From IMG/VR virus record IMGVR_UViG_2563366831_000011, positions 1-50,364 of that record: a stretch of 50,364 nucleotides of DNA; one strand, 5' to 3'. The notes beneath the pieces are model-generated. The model was not told the origin of the DNA. It saw only the letters and a program-made list of their open reading frames with translations, and ran no database searches. The position numbers and the translations under genes were made by a program. Below, piece after piece: positions 38,830-47,226 of the stretch; the stretch's first letter is position 1, and each line of letters starts with the position of its first letter. This stretch comes from a virus. Taxonomy: Duplodnaviria; Heunggongvirae; Uroviricota; Caudoviricetes.

Positions 38830-39694
38830 GAACTTTCAGGTAGGTATTATCGTTAAGCAGGAAATCAAATCCCTTTTTGTGCCAGACGGTTCCGCGCTGA
38901 TGGTTTGGGCGCTCTTCGAACATCCATCGGCAATTTTCGCCTACGTAGCTCAAATAATTTCTCCAGTCCTGCATCGTGAAACCATGCCCGTCAAGCTGTC
39001 GGGTTATCACTCCGGCTTTGCGCCAGAACGTTCGGATCTGGTTTTTACGCTTGTCATTCAGTGCGCGGATTCTTGGCGCTTCAGGAAGGATTTCGTGGTA
39101 AGCATCGACAACATCCTGACAGCTGACGGAAGGTTTTTTCTTGTCAGACTTTTTGTCTGCTGTGGCACTCTCTAATACGTCAGTATTAGAGATATTATTT
39201 ATATTATTGTTTATGGACAACCGTTGGACAACCGTTGGACAATCTCCGCTGAGAGGCGCGCCATTACTGGTGTTTGCGTTGGACAACCGTTGGACAACCG
39301 TTGGACAATTTTTTGCCTGAAAATCGTCATATTTAACGATTGTAAACAGGCTAAATTTCTTCCCCATCGAGCAAATATTAAGCATCCCTTTCGACTCAAA
39401 AGTCCGTAATAAGCTCCGAACTTTGTTGTCGGGGATGAATGTTTCTCTGACCAGCGACGGGCGTCCAGTTATCATCTGACCGCGATCAACAGTTATCGGC
39501 CCGATATCCGTATTGACGACAGTAGATTCGTGATTAGCCTTGAGGATTAAGTGAAGCCAAAGATGTACTGCCTGAGAGTCCTTATAGAGCCTGCTGTCCA
39601 TAAACTGGCGGTGTATAGAGACATACCCCATACTGGATGCCTCCTGATGTTGTACAGGGTTATGCCTGTAATCAGCTAACTTAACGACGCCCAT
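38804..39694 (-). CDS. Replication initiator (lambda O-like organiser) with internal origin
   Basis: 296 aa; AGGAG SD; iteron arrays lie inside the coding sequence and encode repeated CPTVVQRLS peptides. Confidence 0.7.
   Translation of the reverse strand: MGVVKLADYRHNPVQHQEASSMGYVSIHRQFMDSRLYKDSQAVHLWLHLILKANHESTVVNTDIGPITVDRGQMITGRPSLVRETFIPDNKVRSLLRTFESKGMLNICSMGKKFSLFTIVKYDDFQAKNCPTVVQRLSNANTSNGAPLSGDCPTVVQRLSINNNINNISNTDVLESATADKKSDKKKPSVSCQDVVDAYHEILPEAPRIRALNDKRKNQIRTFWRKAGVITRQLDGHGFTMQDWRNYLSYVGENCRWMFEERPNHQRGTVWHKKGFDFLLNDNTYLKVREGEHDDR
39214..39308. repeat. Origin iterons: two clusters of three TGGACAACCGT repeats, followed by an AT-rich tract
   Basis: Repeats at 39214..39242 and 39280..39308; AT-rich sequence immediately after; inside the initiator gene as for lambda ori. 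Confidence 0.7.
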
Positions 39695-39842
39695 GTTTCA
39701 CTCCTGCTTTGGCTAGTCTGTAAACACCAACAAGGCGCTCTGCGAACGCCCTGTTATTTGCTGCGGCTACCACTAATCCCTCAGGTGAATCAGGGTGTCG
39801 AATCTCTTCTTTTTCCTGGTATTTCTTACGACGTTTTGTCAT
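39681..39842 (-). CDS. Small basic hypothetical protein
   Basis: 53 aa from MTKRRKKYQ with AGGGG SD, between cII-like and the initiator gene. Confidence 0.3.
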   Translation of the reverse strand: MTKRRKKYQEKEEIRHPDSPEGLVVAAANNRAFAERLVGVYRLAKAGVKHGRR

Positions 39843-39876
39843 AATTACCCCTGTGGATTGATCCAGTCTTTCTACA

Positions 39877-40155
39877 TCAGGCCTCAAAACTGTTGCAGCA
39901 GTCTTGAGGCTTTTCTTTTGTCAGCACCATGGCTACTTTCTTTGCCAGCTCTGCTAATTCCTCGTCTTCAACCCCCCACTCCAGCACAGCCAGAAGCATG
40001 GCCATCTTTGGGATAAAGCTGTCTTTCCATCGCGAAATTTGCGATTCATTAATCCCTAATGCATCAGCAACCTTTCGCTGACCACGTACAGCAATTCGAT
40101 TCAGGATGTTGCTTGTAATTGCATTCGCTTTCTTGCGAGTACTTGTAAGTTGCAT
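39877..40155 (-). CDS. cII: CII-like transcriptional activator
   Basis: 92 aa from MQLTSTRKK (AAGGA SD); central ESQISRWK...MLLAVLEWGV matches the lambda CII HTH region as recalled; divergent C-terminus. Confidence 0.65.
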   Translation of the reverse strand: MQLTSTRKKANAITSNILNRIAVRGQRKVADALGINESQISRWKDSFIPKMAMLLAVLEWGVEDEELAELAKKVAMVLTKEKPQDCCNSFEA

Positions 40156-40234
40156 ATGTAAGTATTTCCTTAGATAACAATTGATTGAATGTATGCAAAT
40201 AAATGCATACACCATAGGTGTGGTTTAATTTGAT

Positions 40235-40266
40235 GCCCTTTTTCAGGGCGGGGATGGGTAAGAGCG
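40235..40266 (-). promoter_or_regulatory. nutR (boxA CGCTCTTA, boxB GCCCTGAAAAAGGGC)
   Basis: Both boxes read directly on the minus strand between cro and cII. Confidence 0.7.
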
Positions 40267-40273
40267 GGGTTAT

Positions 40274-40483
<210 letters not shown>

Positions 40484-40500
40484 TTAGTACATGCAACTAT

Positions 40501-40564
40501 TATCACCGCCAGAGGTAAAATAGTCAACACGCACGGTGTTAGATATTTATCCCTTGCGGTGATA
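40501..40564. promoter_or_regulatory. Right operator oR1-oR2-oR3 with pR/pRM
   Basis: TATCACCGCCAGAGGTA (40501..40517), CAACACGCACGGTGTTA (40525..40541), TATCCCTTGCGGTGATA (40548..40564) match lambda oR. Confidence 0.85.
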
Positions 40565-40571
40565 GATTTAA

Positions 40572-41288
<717 letters not shown>

Positions 41289-41345
41289 TAGGAAGTAAGT
41301 TTTATGTTGACGGCACAGTCAACTTGGCATAGATTAATTAAACCA

Positions 41346-41406
41346 AGCCCAGCCCCGTTCGCAGACAATTGTTAATATCTGCATAACGGCTCTGGGCTAT
41401 TTTTTT
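41346..41406 (+). other. Compound stem-loop with U-tract between cI and the NYN-like gene
   Basis: AGCCCAGCC...GGCTCTGGGCT enclosing inner hairpin GCAGA..TCTGC, followed by ATTTTTTT. Confidence 0.35.
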
Positions 41407-41415
41407 GGGACTCTT

Positions 41416-42273
41416 ATGAAGAAAGCAGCAATTTTAATTGATGCGGGTTTTTTCATGCAGCGTGTTCATGCTACGCATCGTAAACACTTCGCCGAGCATG
41501 AACTGACTGCGCAATGCATAATGAAAGTAATATGGTCAATGGTTCTTTCCCATCTTAATGGAAAACGTCAATCACAAGAACGTAGGGAACCGCTTGAGCT
41601 TTATAGAATTTACTTCTATGACTGTCCACCACTCGACATTCAAACACGCCTTCCACTTCCTGAGCATGGCAATAAGACGCCTGGTCGCAAGAATTTCAAA
41701 CTCGAAAAATCATATATTCTGAGAACGGAGCTGCATGAAGAGTTAAGAAAAACTCGAAAAACAGCCTTAAGATTAGGGAATCTTGTTGATAATAAGCGAT
41801 GGCAACTAACTACATTCTCCCTTGATGCTCTGATGAAAGGAACGAAAAAATGGGATGAACTGACAAATGATGATTTTTACTATGACATCAAACAAAAACA
41901 AGTTGATATCAAGCTAGGGATGGATATCACGACTTTAGCTTATGAAAAACTTGTTGATGTAATTGTCCTTGTTGCTGGGGACTCAGACTTTGTGCCTGCC
42001 GCCAAACACGCCAGAATTAAAGGTATTGATTTTATTCTTGATCCACTAAGACAGAATGTTACCCCATCACTGTCAGAGCACATTGATGGAGTTCAGTCAT
42101 ACAGCTTGATATCAGGACTTGCCGATGCTTTACATGTTGAGCCAGACCCGGCACCTGACTGGTGGGAAGATCGAAAAAAAGGCAAGCCTAGAGGAAAAAA
42201 CAATAGCGGTAAACGCAGGTATGGAAACACTCAAGCTGAGTCTGCAAAGAAACATCAAAGAAATAAACGATAA
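41416..42273 (+). CDS. NYN/PIN-like putative ribonuclease in the rex slot
   Basis: 285 aa; N-terminal AAILIDAGFF and VIVLVAGDSDFVPAAKHARIKGIDF match NYN-domain acidic motifs; basic Lys/Arg-rich C-terminal tail; same strand as cI, upstream of oL/pL. Confidence 0.55.
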   Translation: MKKAAILIDAGFFMQRVHATHRKHFAEHELTAQCIMKVIWSMVLSHLNGKRQSQERREPLELYRIYFYDCPPLDIQTRLPLPEHGNKTPGRKNFKLEKSYILRTELHEELRKTRKTALRLGNLVDNKRWQLTTFSLDALMKGTKKWDELTNDDFYYDIKQKQVDIKLGMDITTLAYEKLVDVIVLVAGDSDFVPAAKHARIKGIDFILDPLRQNVTPSLSEHIDGVQSYSLISGLADALHVEPDPAPDWWEDRKKGKPRGKNNSGKRRYGNTQAESAKKHQRNKR

Positions 42274-42282
42274 TCCCATCAA

Positions 42283-42308
42283 CCCGGCCACCGAGCCGGG
42301 TTTTCTTT
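42283..42308 (+). terminator. Intrinsic terminator (t-imm-like) after the NYN-like gene
   Basis: CCCGGC-CACCGA-GCCGGG followed by TTTTCTTT. Confidence 0.6.
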
Positions 42309-42463
42309 GCCTCACGATCGCCCCACCTAAAAACACATAACCAATTGTATTTATTTTAAAATTAATAGGTGCAACTCACTAAACAACGCAATTCTGATCT
42401 CTCGATCACCTCCCAAGCCACACAACCCTGCAAAAAATAAATCTATATAAAAAACATACAGAT

Positions 42464-42526
42464 AACCATCTGCGGTGATAAATTATCTCTGGCGGTGTTG
42501 ACACAAATACCACTAGCGGTGATACT
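42464..42526 (+). promoter_or_regulatory. Left operator oL1-3 and promoter pL
   Basis: Three TATCACCGC-type operator sites; -35 TTGACA at 42498..42503 and -10 GATACT at 42521..42526, as in lambda pL. Confidence 0.8.
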
Positions 42527-42565
42527 AAACACATCAGCAGGACGTACTAACCACCATGAAGGTGA

Positions 42566-42596
42566 CGCTCTTAAAAATTAAGCCCTGAAGAAGGGC
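42566..42596 (+). promoter_or_regulatory. nutL (boxA CGCTCTTAAAAATTAA, boxB GCCCTGAAGAAGGGC)
   Basis: Both boxes read directly downstream of pL. Confidence 0.8.
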
Positions 42597-42767
42597 AGCA
42601 TTCAAAGCAGAAGGCTTTGGGGTGTGGTGAAGGGTTCATGGATGGGAATATGTCGCACGTAAAGCGGCGAGGCCTGCGGAACTATTGCCGAATTGAAGTC
42701 GGCCGAAGCAGGTCGAAATGGGTCTCCCACCTACCACACCACCAAAGCTAACTGACAGGAGATGAAC

Positions 42768-42896
42768 ATGAAACATAACGAACACTTTATGGCTTGGTTG
42801 AAGTCAATGCGTGATGAAGCAAAGCGTCCTGAAACAACAATGACGCGAATCGTGGAAATCTTCTCCTGCATCAGCAAGTACGCAACCTGCCAATAA
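42768..42896 (+). CDS. Small hypothetical protein (42 aa) inserted between nutL and N
   Basis: Uses the GGAG SD that serves N in lambda; product MKHNEHFMAWLKSMRDEAKRPETTMTRIVEIFSCISKYATCQ; followed by hairpin GGCCCC-GCTGA-GGGGCC. Confidence 0.4.
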   Translation: MKHNEHFMAWLKSMRDEAKRPETTMTRIVEIFSCISKYATCQ

Positions 42897-42937
42897 CTGT
42901 CGGCCCCGCTGAGGGGCCATTTATCTAAGGATGATAT

Positions 42938-43270
42938 ATGGACTCTCAAACACGCCGCCGCGAACGTCGCGCAGAGAAACAGGCTCAATGGAAAGCAGCA
43001 AATCCCCTGTTGGTTGGGGTAAGCGCAAAACCAGTTAACCGCCCTATTCTCTCGCTGAATCGCAAACCGAAATCACGAGTAGAAAGCGCACTGAATCCGA
43101 TAGACCTTACGGTGCTGGCTGAATACCACGAACAGATTGAAAGCAACCTGCAGCGTATTGAGCGCAAGAATCAGCGCACATGGTACAGCAAGCCACGCAG
43201 TGAAATGGGGGTGACTTGCTCAGGCCGCCAGAAGCAACGCGGAAAATCAATTCCAGCTTATTACGATTGA
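42938..43270 (+). CDS. N: Antitermination protein N
   Basis: 110 aa; MD.QTRRRERRAEKQAQWKAANPLLVGVSAKPVNRPILSLNRKPKSRVESALNPIDLTVLAEYH matches lambda N as recalled; AAGGA SD. Confidence 0.9.
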   Translation: MDSQTRRRERRAEKQAQWKAANPLLVGVSAKPVNRPILSLNRKPKSRVESALNPIDLTVLAEYHEQIESNLQRIERKNQRTWYSKPRSEMGVTCSGRQKQRGKSIPAYYD

Positions 43271-43278
43271 GGTGAGCC

Positions 43279-43416
43279 ATGCTCAAGAAAGTCAAACGCC
43301 GACTTTACAAGGAAGGTAGATATTCATGCCAGTTGCCAAAATGCGACACAACAAAATGGAGTGTCGATGATTGGTGTAACTGGATAGATAGATACGGAAC
43401 TTGGTGGGATAAATAA
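43279..43416 (+). CDS. Small Cys/Trp-rich hypothetical protein
   Basis: 45 aa MLKKVKRRLYKEGRYSCQLPKCDTTKWSVDDWCNWIDRYGTWWDK with GAGGTGAG SD. Confidence 0.3.
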   Translation: MLKKVKRRLYKEGRYSCQLPKCDTTKWSVDDWCNWIDRYGTWWDK

Positions 43417-43540
43417 CAGGTAACTTAAGCGTATTTACTTTCGCGGCAAACCACATATTTGAGGTGAGATATGGAAGAAGAATTTGAAGAGTTCGAAGAG
43501 CATCCTCAGGATGTGATGGAACAATACCAGGACTATCCGT

Positions 43541-43631
43541 ATGACTATTGATACAAATCAATGGTGTGGACAATACGAACGACGGCAATGATTGCCAGAG
43601 AACTTGGTAAACAGAATAACAAGGCTGCCTG
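43541..43631 (+). pseudogene. ral: ral (restriction alleviation) remnant with internal deletion and frameshift
   Basis: Begins MTIDTNQWCGQ like lambda Ral, stops after 16 codons; the Ral C-terminus IRTTAMIARELGKQNNKAA is encoded in another frame ending at 43631. Confidence 0.5.
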
Positions 43632-43768
43632 ATGGTGGCCTTTATTTTTGGCATAAACAACAGAATAAACACTGCACTGTGTATTCATTCCAACGAGTGA
43701 ATACACGGAGCAATGTCGCTCGTAACTAAACAGGAGCCGACTTGTTCTGATTATTGGAAATCTTCTTT

Positions 43769-43795
43769 GCCCTCCAGTGTGAGGGCAATTTTTTT
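43769..43795 (+). terminator. Intrinsic terminator-like hairpin in the pL operon
   Basis: GCCCTC-CAGTGT-GAGGGC followed by AATTTTTTT. Confidence 0.45.
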
Positions 43796-43807
43796 GACGG
43801 AGGATAT

Positions 43808-44776
43808 ATGAGTGAAGTAACAGATTTAGTTGTTATTGAAAAAGCAAATGCAATGACTGTATTTCAGTCTGCCGACCAGATTGAAGAAATCCTTCAAAAG
43901 GTTGAACGTGAAGTTATGTCCTTTGTGCCTGATATCACAACGGCAAAGGGCAGAAAGGAGATCGCTTCTCTGGCGTATAAAGTTGCGCAGACGAAAACAT
44001 ATCTCGATGGTCTTGGCAAAGACCTTGTTGCTGAACTGAAGGAAATTCCAAAGCTAATTGATGCTAACCGCAAGACAGTGCGCGATCGCCTTGATGAACT
44101 GAAAGCCAAGGCGCGCCAGCCTCTTACTGATTATGAGGAAGAACAGGCGCGGATTAAAGCCGAAGAAGAAGCTAAGGCAGCAGCTGAAGCTCTCGCAAAG
44201 CAAATTGAGTCTGACCATGAAATAGCTATTTTGATGGATCGCGAATTTGACCGCCAAAGAGAAGAGGCAAGACTCAAAGCGGAGCAGGAAAAGCGAGAGC
44301 ATGAAGAACGCTTAAAAAGAGAAGCTGAAGAGAAAGCCAGAGCAGAAGCCGAAGCAAAGGCAAAAGCCGAAATTGAAGCAGCAGCAAGGCGAGAAGCAGA
44401 AGCTAAGGCCGCAGCGGAACGTGCAGAGCGTGAACGCATTGAAGCCGAGCAGCGAGCACAGCGCGAAGCAAAAGAGGCAGCAGAACGAGCTGAAAGAGAA
44501 AAGCAGGCAGCAATTGAAGCAGAACGCAGAAAAGCACAGGAGGAGGCTGAACGAATCCGTCGCGATGCTGAAGCAAAAGAGCAAGCCAGAATAGCAGAAG
44601 AAAAAAGAATCAAGGAAGAAGAAGAGCGTAGAGCAAAGGATAAAGCTCACCGGAAAGAAGTAAATAACAAAATACTTGCTGACCTTATCAAGGTTGGTGC
44701 ATCAGAAGATGTTGCTAAAAATATCATAACAGCCATCGTAAAAGGCGAAGTATTCGCAACAAAAATAACCTACTAA
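43808..44776 (+). CDS. Coiled-coil protein rich in Glu/Lys/Ala/Arg repeats, unknown function
   Basis: 322 aa from MSEVTD (GGAGG SD); long central run of AEAKAKAE/REAEEKAR-type repeats. Confidence 0.55.
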   Translation: MSEVTDLVVIEKANAMTVFQSADQIEEILQKVEREVMSFVPDITTAKGRKEIASLAYKVAQTKTYLDGLGKDLVAELKEIPKLIDANRKTVRDRLDELKAKARQPLTDYEEEQARIKAEEEAKAAAEALAKQIESDHEIAILMDREFDRQREEARLKAEQEKREHEERLKREAEEKARAEAEAKAKAEIEAAARREAEAKAAAERAERERIEAEQRAQREAKEAAERAEREKQAAIEAERRKAQEEAERIRRDAEAKEQARIAEEKRIKEEEERRAKDKAHRKEVNNKILADLIKVGASEDVAKNIITAIVKGEVFATKITY

Positions 44777-44800
44777 TAAAACCAACATAAGGAACCACCC

Positions 44801-44932
44801 ATGATTTACGCAATCGCGGGAGGCGCTCGCATGGGTGCCTTCCAACTAAATGAATCTTTACTTGAACGAATCACCCGTAAATTACGTGACGGATGGAAAA
44901 GAGTTGAGGTCTTATTATGCGCAATGAAATAG
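44801..44932 (+). CDS. Small hypothetical protein (43 aa)
   Basis: AAGGA SD; part of a chain of overlapping short ORFs. Confidence 0.3.
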   Translation: MIYAIAGGARMGAFQLNESLLERITRKLRDGWKRVEVLLCAMK

Positions 44933-45069
44933 CCATAAATCATCAGATGCTTCGTGCTGCACAAAACAAAGCAGTAATAGCCAGATTTATTGGTGATTCC
45001 AAAATGTGGTTTGAAGCAAATAAAGCGATGAAATCAGCTATCAACCTTCCGTGGTATCGCAGGAAATGA
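44917..45069 (+). CDS. Small hypothetical protein (50 aa)
   Basis: Overlapping short ORF in the early-left operon. Confidence 0.3.
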   Translation: MRNEIAINHQMLRAAQNKAVIARFIGDSKMWFEANKAMKSAINLPWYRRK

Positions 45070-45224
45070 GTTTTACAGATAACTGGTCAGACGAAGAATT
45101 CATTCGTCAGATGAAAGATTTAATCGGTAACGAAGGAGATATTCATGTCACTTGCAACCACAGTGAAGGAGAGCAAGTTACAGAGACGCATGTACACGCA
45201 GAAAGCTCTCTGGTATCGCCATAA
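45066..45224 (+). CDS. Small acidic hypothetical protein (52 aa)
   Basis: ATG overlaps the upstream stop (ATGA); acidic composition. Confidence 0.3.
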   Translation: MSFTDNWSDEEFIRQMKDLIGNEGDIHVTCNHSEGEQVTETHVHAESSLVSP

Positions 45225-45325
45225 TGGTGACCGCGAAGGAATGCGGGTATGCCTTAATTTGTCCCGAGTCGAAGTATTAAATCAGCGTTATTTCCTTGGG
45301 CCGTGTCCATTCTGAGATCAAACAT

Positions 45326-45931
45326 ATGAGCAAAGAATTTTATGCAAGGCTGGCAGCCATTCAGGAGAATCTGAACGCGCCAAAGAATCAGTACAACTCA
45401 TTCGGTAAATATAAATACAGAAGCTGCGAAGACATTCTTGAAGGCGTTAAGCCGTTACTGAATGGTCTGTTTTTATCAATCAGCGATGAAGTTGTGTTGA
45501 TTGGTGATCGGTATTACGTGAAAGCCACGGCAACTATTACCGATGGCGAAAACAGTCATACGGCAACCGCTCTTGCACGAGAGGAAGAAAGCAAGAAAGG
45601 AATGGATTCTGCACAAGTTACGGGAGCTACAAGCTCTTATGCACGCAAGTATTGCCTCAATGGTTTGTTCGGCATTGATGATGCGAAAGATGCAGATACC
45701 GACGAGCATAAACATCAGCAGAACGCAGCAGCAAAGCAATCAAAACCATCACCTACACCTGAACAGGTTCTAAAAGCATTCACTGACGCAGCAATGCAGA
45801 AAAACACCGTAGAAGAGCTTAAACAGGCGTTCGCCAAAGCGTGGAAGATGCTCGAAGGCACACCGGAGCAGCACAAAGCGCAGGACGTTTACAACATCAG
45901 ACGAGACGAATTAGAAGGAGCGGCTGCTTAA
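45326..45931 (+). CDS. Single-strand annealing protein (Erf-like)
   Basis: 201 aa from MSKEFYARLAAIQ; motif SYARKYCLNGLFGIDD recalled as Erf-family-like; immediately upstream of an SSB gene. Confidence 0.5.
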   Translation: MSKEFYARLAAIQENLNAPKNQYNSFGKYKYRSCEDILEGVKPLLNGLFLSISDEVVLIGDRYYVKATATITDGENSHTATALAREEESKKGMDSAQVTGATSSYARKYCLNGLFGIDDAKDADTDEHKHQQNAAAKQSKPSPTPEQVLKAFTDAAMQKNTVEELKQAFAKAWKMLEGTPEQHKAQDVYNIRRDELEGAAA

Positions 45932-46314
45932 TGGCACATTCGATTACTGTAAGACTAAACAAGCCCGCAAGAGAGTTTCAGACCGGGGAAAATATCGGAT
46001 TCAACATCCGTGCTGGCGTTCAGTATTACGATCGCCAGACAAAAAAGAAAGAATGGACAAACTACAGCGCCGTTGTATTTGCCAAGCCGGGAGCGCAAGC
46101 GGATTACTATCGTAGCGTTCTGGTTGAAGGAGGCATTGTAGAAATTACCGGAGAAAACATCAGGGTTGATGTTTATCAGGGGCAAAATGGTCAATCAATC
46201 ACTCTTGAATTACTGAATGCAAAGATTGGATTTGCAACTTCAGGAAACAGCCAACAGCAGCAAAGTAGCAATCATCAAAATCATCCTGAATACGACGATT
46301 CAATTCCCTTCTAG
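45931..46314 (+). CDS. ssb: Single-stranded DNA-binding protein (phage SSB)
   Basis: 127 aa from MAHSITV; Gln-rich linker and acidic C-terminal tip DDSIPF, the hallmark SSB tail. Confidence 0.6.
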   Translation: MAHSITVRLNKPAREFQTGENIGFNIRAGVQYYDRQTKKKEWTNYSAVVFAKPGAQADYYRSVLVEGGIVEITGENIRVDVYQGQNGQSITLELLNAKIGFATSGNSQQQQSSNHQNHPEYDDSIPF

Positions 46315-46337
46315 ATTAGCAAAATAAGGATTCCATT

Positions 46338-46631
46338 ATGCCAGCGCCTCTGTATGGTGCGGATGACCCGCGCCGCTGTTCCGGCAATTCCGTATCGGAG
46401 GTGCTGGATAAATTCAGAAAAAACTACGATCGGATAATGTCGCTACCGCAGGAAACGAAAGAGGAAAAGGAATTTCGTCACTGTATATGGCTTGCAGAGA
46501 AAGAAGAACGCGAGCGAATTTACCAGACATCAATCCGACCATTCCGCAAAGCCACATATACCCACTTCCCTGAAATTGACCCGCGCCTGCGTAATTACCG
46601 CTCACGCTATGGCGCTATCAGTAATGACTGA
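46338..46631 (+). CDS. Hypothetical protein
   Basis: 97 aa with AAGGA SD. Confidence 0.4.
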   Translation: MPAPLYGADDPRRCSGNSVSEVLDKFRKNYDRIMSLPQETKEEKEFRHCIWLAEKEERERIYQTSIRPFRKATYTHFPEIDPRLRNYRSRYGAISND

Positions 46632-46932
46632 GGAATTAACAATGAAAACAATGAAGCTGAACATCGACCTCGGAAAATACGTTATTACCGGAACCAAACA
46701 CGACCTGATTCTTAGCGAAAGAGGAATTATCAAAGAAGGTGAGAATGCAGGGAAAGAAACACTAAGCCGTATCGGTTATTACAGCAAGTTTGAGCATCTG
46801 GTTAAAGAGTTATGTAACCGTGAAATCCTGTTATCTCAGGCGCAGACGCTACAGGATATTCAGCAGCATATCGAAACTTTAGGTATGTCACTTAGCATGG
46901 CTATTGACCAGTTCGTGGAGAGTAAATCATGA
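46624..46932 (+). CDS. Hypothetical protein
   Basis: 102 aa from MTEELTM, overlapping the upstream stop by 8 nt. Confidence 0.4.
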   Translation: MTEELTMKTMKLNIDLGKYVITGTKHDLILSERGIIKEGENAGKETLSRIGYYSKFEHLVKELCNREILLSQAQTLQDIQQHIETLGMSLSMAIDQFVESKS

Positions 46933-47096
46933 GAGGACTTGCATACAATCCCGGCATTCTTCCGGCAGAAATGATTATTCGCCAACGCGTAAAGCCAATG
47001 CCATCGAGAGAGGAATTGCTTAAGAGAAAGAGTTTCGGTTCTGTTAATGACAACAAATATCTGAATGCGATGTTGCGCAAAGGAGGCAACCGGTGA
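46929..47096 (+). CDS. Small hypothetical protein (55 aa)
   Basis: ATGA start/stop overlap with the upstream gene. Confidence 0.3.
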   Translation: MRGLAYNPGILPAEMIIRQRVKPMPSREELLKRKSFGSVNDNKYLNAMLRKGGNR

Positions 47097-47176
47097 CTGG
47101 ACATGCAGCGATCCTCGACATGTGCTGTGGCAGCCGCATGTTCTGGTTAGATAAGAATGACGAACGGGCGAGATAA
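47093..47176 (+). pseudogene. Possible DNA methyltransferase remnant
   Basis: Short GTG-initiated frame [27 protein letters not shown]; DMCCGS resembles a methyltransferase motif I; truncated after 27 codons. Confidence 0.2.
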
Positions 47177-47226
47177 GCGATCGGTTAAGTGCTATAGTAA
47201 TGCGCTTTTGTATTTATGGAGTGAAT

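Noticed and set aside
39214-39308. Short direct repeats considered as a possible CRISPR array
   Set aside because: Units are 11 bp with no spacers of regular length and lie inside a replication gene; they are origin iterons, and no cas genes are present.
42731-42988. 85-aa minus-strand ORF across the nutL-N leader
   Set aside because: Overlaps the N start and the plus-strand small ORF that has a canonical SD; antisense to the pL transcript with no RBS.
44054-44650. Minus-strand ORFs of 82-160 aa with Ser/Ala/Cys/Phe-rich low-complexity products
   Set aside because: Alternative frames of the repetitive coiled-coil gene on the opposite strand; low-complexity translation of repeat DNA.
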